In this document: positions 62,105-64,000 of the stretch, one piece after another
How the letters are laid out: every line of letters starts with the position of its first letter
Numbering within the stretch: position 1 is the stretch's first letter
Assembly (NCBI GenBank): GCA_041674705.1
Contig: JBAYVF010000004.1
Coordinates: 38,516 to 102,515 of the forward strand
Source of the DNA: Candidatus Omnitrophota bacterium
Lineage (GTDB): Bacteria > Omnitrophota > Omnitrophia > Omnitrophales > Aquincolibacteriaceae
Direction of reading: 5' to 3'
DNA length: 64,000 nt
Notes under the pieces: generated by a model
The model's database searches: none
Told to the model about the DNA's origin: nothing
What the model saw: the letters and a program-made list of their open reading frames with translations, nothing else
Translations under genes and position numbers: made by a program

Positions 62105-63175
62105 ATGGGGAAATACGCCGTCAAAAAGATCGGGATCATTGAACGTTACCAGGAATATCTCCCGGTCACGGACAAAACCCCGATCATTTCGCTCAATGAA
62201 GGCAACACGTCGCTTATTCTCGCGGAAGCTTTGCCTAAAGAGCTCGGCCTGAAGAATGTCCGGATCTATTACAAATTCGAAGGCCTGAACCCGACGGGTT
62301 CTTTCAAGGATCGCGGGATGACCATGGCGATCACAAAAGCTGTGGAAGCGGGTTCGAAGGCCGTGATGTGCGCTTCGACCGGCAATACCTCCGCCTCTGC
62401 CGCGGCTTACGCGGCCCGGTGCGGGTTGAAATGTTTCGTGTTGATCCCGGAAGGGAAGATCGCCAAGGGGAAGCTTTTGCAGGCGTATCGCTACGGCGCG
62501 AAGGTAATCATGATCGAAGGAAATTTTGACAAGGCTCTGGAGCTGGTGAAAGAGATCACCCAGGAAGGCAAGATCACGCTTGTGAATTCCATCAATCCTT
62601 ATCGTATCGAAGGCCAGAAGACGGCGGCGTTCGAGATCGTCGATGATCTGGGGGATGCGCCGGAATATCACGCGCTTCCGGTCGGGAATGCGGGCAATAT
62701 CACCGCTTACTGGAAAGGCTACAAGGAATATAAAAAGGCGGGGAAGTCCGAGATCCTGCCGAAGATGCTTGGGTTCCAGGCCGCGGGTTCGGCGCCGATC
62801 GTGCTGGGGCATCCGGTGGAAAAACCGGAGACTCTCGCGACCGCGATCCGCATCGGGAATCCCGCGAGCTGGCAGGGCGCGGTTACCGCGCGTGATGAAT
62901 CGGGCGGGCTGATCGATAGTGTGACGGACGAAGAGATCACGAAGGCTTACCGTTTTATCGCGGAGCGCGAAGGCGTTTTCGCGGAACCGGCGAGTTGCGC
63001 GCCGGTGGCGGGGGTGATCCATCTCGCCCAAAAAGGATATTTTAAGGAAGGTTCCCGTATTGTGATCACGCTCACGGGGGCGGGCTTGAAAGATCCCGAT
63101 TTCGCGCTTAGCTTTGAAGATCCGGTCATTAAAGTCAAATCCACGCTTGATGCCGTCAAGGAGGTTATCCGATGA
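62105..63175 (+). CDS. thrC: Threonine synthase
   Basis: PLP-fold with FKDRGM (Lys) motif. Start moved to MGKYAVKK. Confidence 0.9.
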   Translation: MGKYAVKKIGIIERYQEYLPVTDKTPIISLNEGNTSLILAEALPKELGLKNVRIYYKFEGLNPTGSFKDRGMTMAITKAVEAGSKAVMCASTGNTSASAAAYAARCGLKCFVLIPEGKIAKGKLLQAYRYGAKVIMIEGNFDKALELVKEITQEGKITLVNSINPYRIEGQKTAAFEIVDDLGDAPEYHALPVGNAGNITAYWKGYKEYKKAGKSEILPKMLGFQAAGSAPIVLGHPVEKPETLATAIRIGNPASWQGAVTARDESGGLIDSVTDEEITKAYRFIAEREGVFAEPASCAPVAGVIHLAQKGYFKEGSRIVITLTGAGLKDPDFALSFEDPVIKVKSTLDAVKEVIR

Positions 63176-64000
63176 AGTCCATTGTTGTGGTGCTTGCAGG
63201 CGCTGCGGATCATCCGACCGAAGAGCTTGGCGGAAAAACTCCTTTGGAAGCGGCCAAAGTTCCGAACCTGAATTTTTTCGCGAAAAACGGCAAAGTAGGA
63301 ACTGCGAAACTTGTGTCCGATCGTTTGCCGCTTTCCGCGGACGTGAGCCTGTTTAATCTTTTAGGCTATGACGCGTCAAAACTTTATACAGGCCGCGGGC
63401 CGCTTGAGGCCGCCGACAAGGAATTGACACTTGATGACAAAGAAGTCGCGTTCTGCATGAATTTCATCACCGAGGCCGCCGGGATGCTGGCCGATCCGAC
63501 CGCCGGGGCTCTCAGCACCAAAGAGGCGAAGGCGCTGGTCAATTTTTTAAATAAAAAAGTAGCGAACGATTTTGTCCGGTTTTTTTCCGGTTCCGGGCAC
63601 CGGCATATTGCGGTCATCAAGGACGCGAATGGATTTGAAGCCTTGTCCGCGAAGACCCAGCCGCCGGAGAGTGTGATCGGCGAAAAGATCGAAGATGTGT
63701 TGCCCAAAGGTCCGGGTGAGGAAATGATGCGGAAATTGATGTATGACGCCCGGCTTCTTTTGCAGGACCATGAGATCAATCAGGTGCGCGTGGATCTCGG
63801 TGAAAATCCGGCGAACATGATCTGGCTTTGGGGACAGGGAAAGAAACCCGTGCTCAAGCCTTTCCGCGAATGCTTTGACGTCTCCGGCGGCGCGATGGTC
63901 GCGGCGCGTGAATATGCCAAGGGTATGGGGCGTGTGGTGGGGCTTACGGTTATGGAGGTCAAGGCGGAAGGTGAGGAACCTTCGGCTTTTTATGACAAGA
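63172..64000 (+). CDS. Cofactor-independent phosphoglycerate mutase, archaeal type (ApgM family; candidate non-orthologous homoserine kinase), 3' end beyond window
   Basis: [15 protein letters not shown]...NLLGYD is the ApgM-type metalloenzyme N-terminus. ATGA overlap with the thrC stop. The frame is open to the window end. Confidence 0.7.
   Translation, partial: MKSIVVVLAGAADHPTEELGGKTPLEAAKVPNLNFFAKNGKVGTAKLVSDRLPLSADVSLFNLLGYDASKLYTGRGPLEAADKELTLDDKEVAFCMNFITEAAGMLADPTAGALSTKEAKALVNFLNKKVANDFVRFFSGSGHRHIAVIKDANGFEALSAKTQPPESVIGEKIEDVLPKGPGEEMMRKLMYDARLLLQDHEINQVRVDLGENPANMIWLWGQGKKPVLKPFRECFDVSGGAMVAAREYAKGMGRVVGLTVMEVKAEGEEPSAFYDK

Noticed and set aside
1-64000. CRISPR arrays, rRNA genes, integrase or transposase genes
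   Set aside because: None were seen. The direct repeats found are not the short regularly spaced repeats of a CRISPR array.

Overview
The window is a 64 kb chromosomal segment (GC roughly 52-55%) from a diderm, probably anaerobic bacterium. The diderm call rests on LPS/outer-membrane genes (bamA, skp, an lpxC-fabZ fusion, lpxA, lpxI, lpxB, msbA). The gene set (bS22, apgM-like gene at thrC, SpoVG, type III glutamine synthetase, a DUF134 cluster) suggests an FCB-group-like or candidate-phylum lineage. I cannot name the organism. Coding density is high and most genes lie on the + strand. From start to end the window contains: (1) A long minus-strand operon (558-6332) encoding a DUF134 / DUF5320 / 2x NifX-like / small ferredoxin / SAM-methyltransferase / 2x MinD-ferredoxin ATPase / thioesterase / C_GCAxxG_C_C / MBL-hydrolase set. 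This is a widespread but functionally uncharacterised putative Fe-S or metallocofactor maturation system. The ferredoxin gene is absent from the ORF track. (2) A secreted peroxiredoxin, then TolC-like and RND pump genes with no adaptor gene. (3) A gatCAB operon interrupted between gatA and gatB by about 2 kb of low-GC foreign DNA. The insert carries four unknown ORFs, one with a HEPN-like Rx5H motif. It is flanked by a cluster of perfect palindromes and by a diverged duplicate of the gatB 5' end. (4) tsaD, mgtC, hisG, a 32-aa bS22-type ribosomal protein gene also absent from the ORF track, ispE, spoVG, a small GIY-YIG nuclease, and a tRNA-Gln followed by tandem 138-bp repeats that each contain the tRNA 3' half. 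(5) An orphan pair of sugar ABC permeases, then glmU-prs-ctc-pth and rpsF-ssb-rpsR-rplI-dnaB. (6) bamA-skp-lpxC/fabZ-lpxA-lpxI. (7) A sigma54 nitrogen regulon: a GAF-AAA+-HTH enhancer-binding protein, type III glutamine synthetase, two tandem amt-glnK pairs, a stand-alone Fis-like HTH protein and a beta-barrel porin. Four clear TGGCAY-N5-TTGCW promoters drive these genes, and a recurring CTACAAAATTGTAG motif lies near them. (8) carAB followed by an unusual KaiC-like/PPDK-N fusion protein. (9) A 273-bp foldback element. (10) lpxB, a Gfo/Idh/MocA oxidoreductase and msbA. (11) hom-thrC-apgM-like. Two repeat families recur: a GGGACTCG/CGAGTCCC REP-like element at three loci that supplies the last codons of two genes, and a 64-nt terminator element at two loci. 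A conserved 11-bp inverted repeat brackets the leaders of gatC and glnK2. No CRISPR array and no rRNA were seen.
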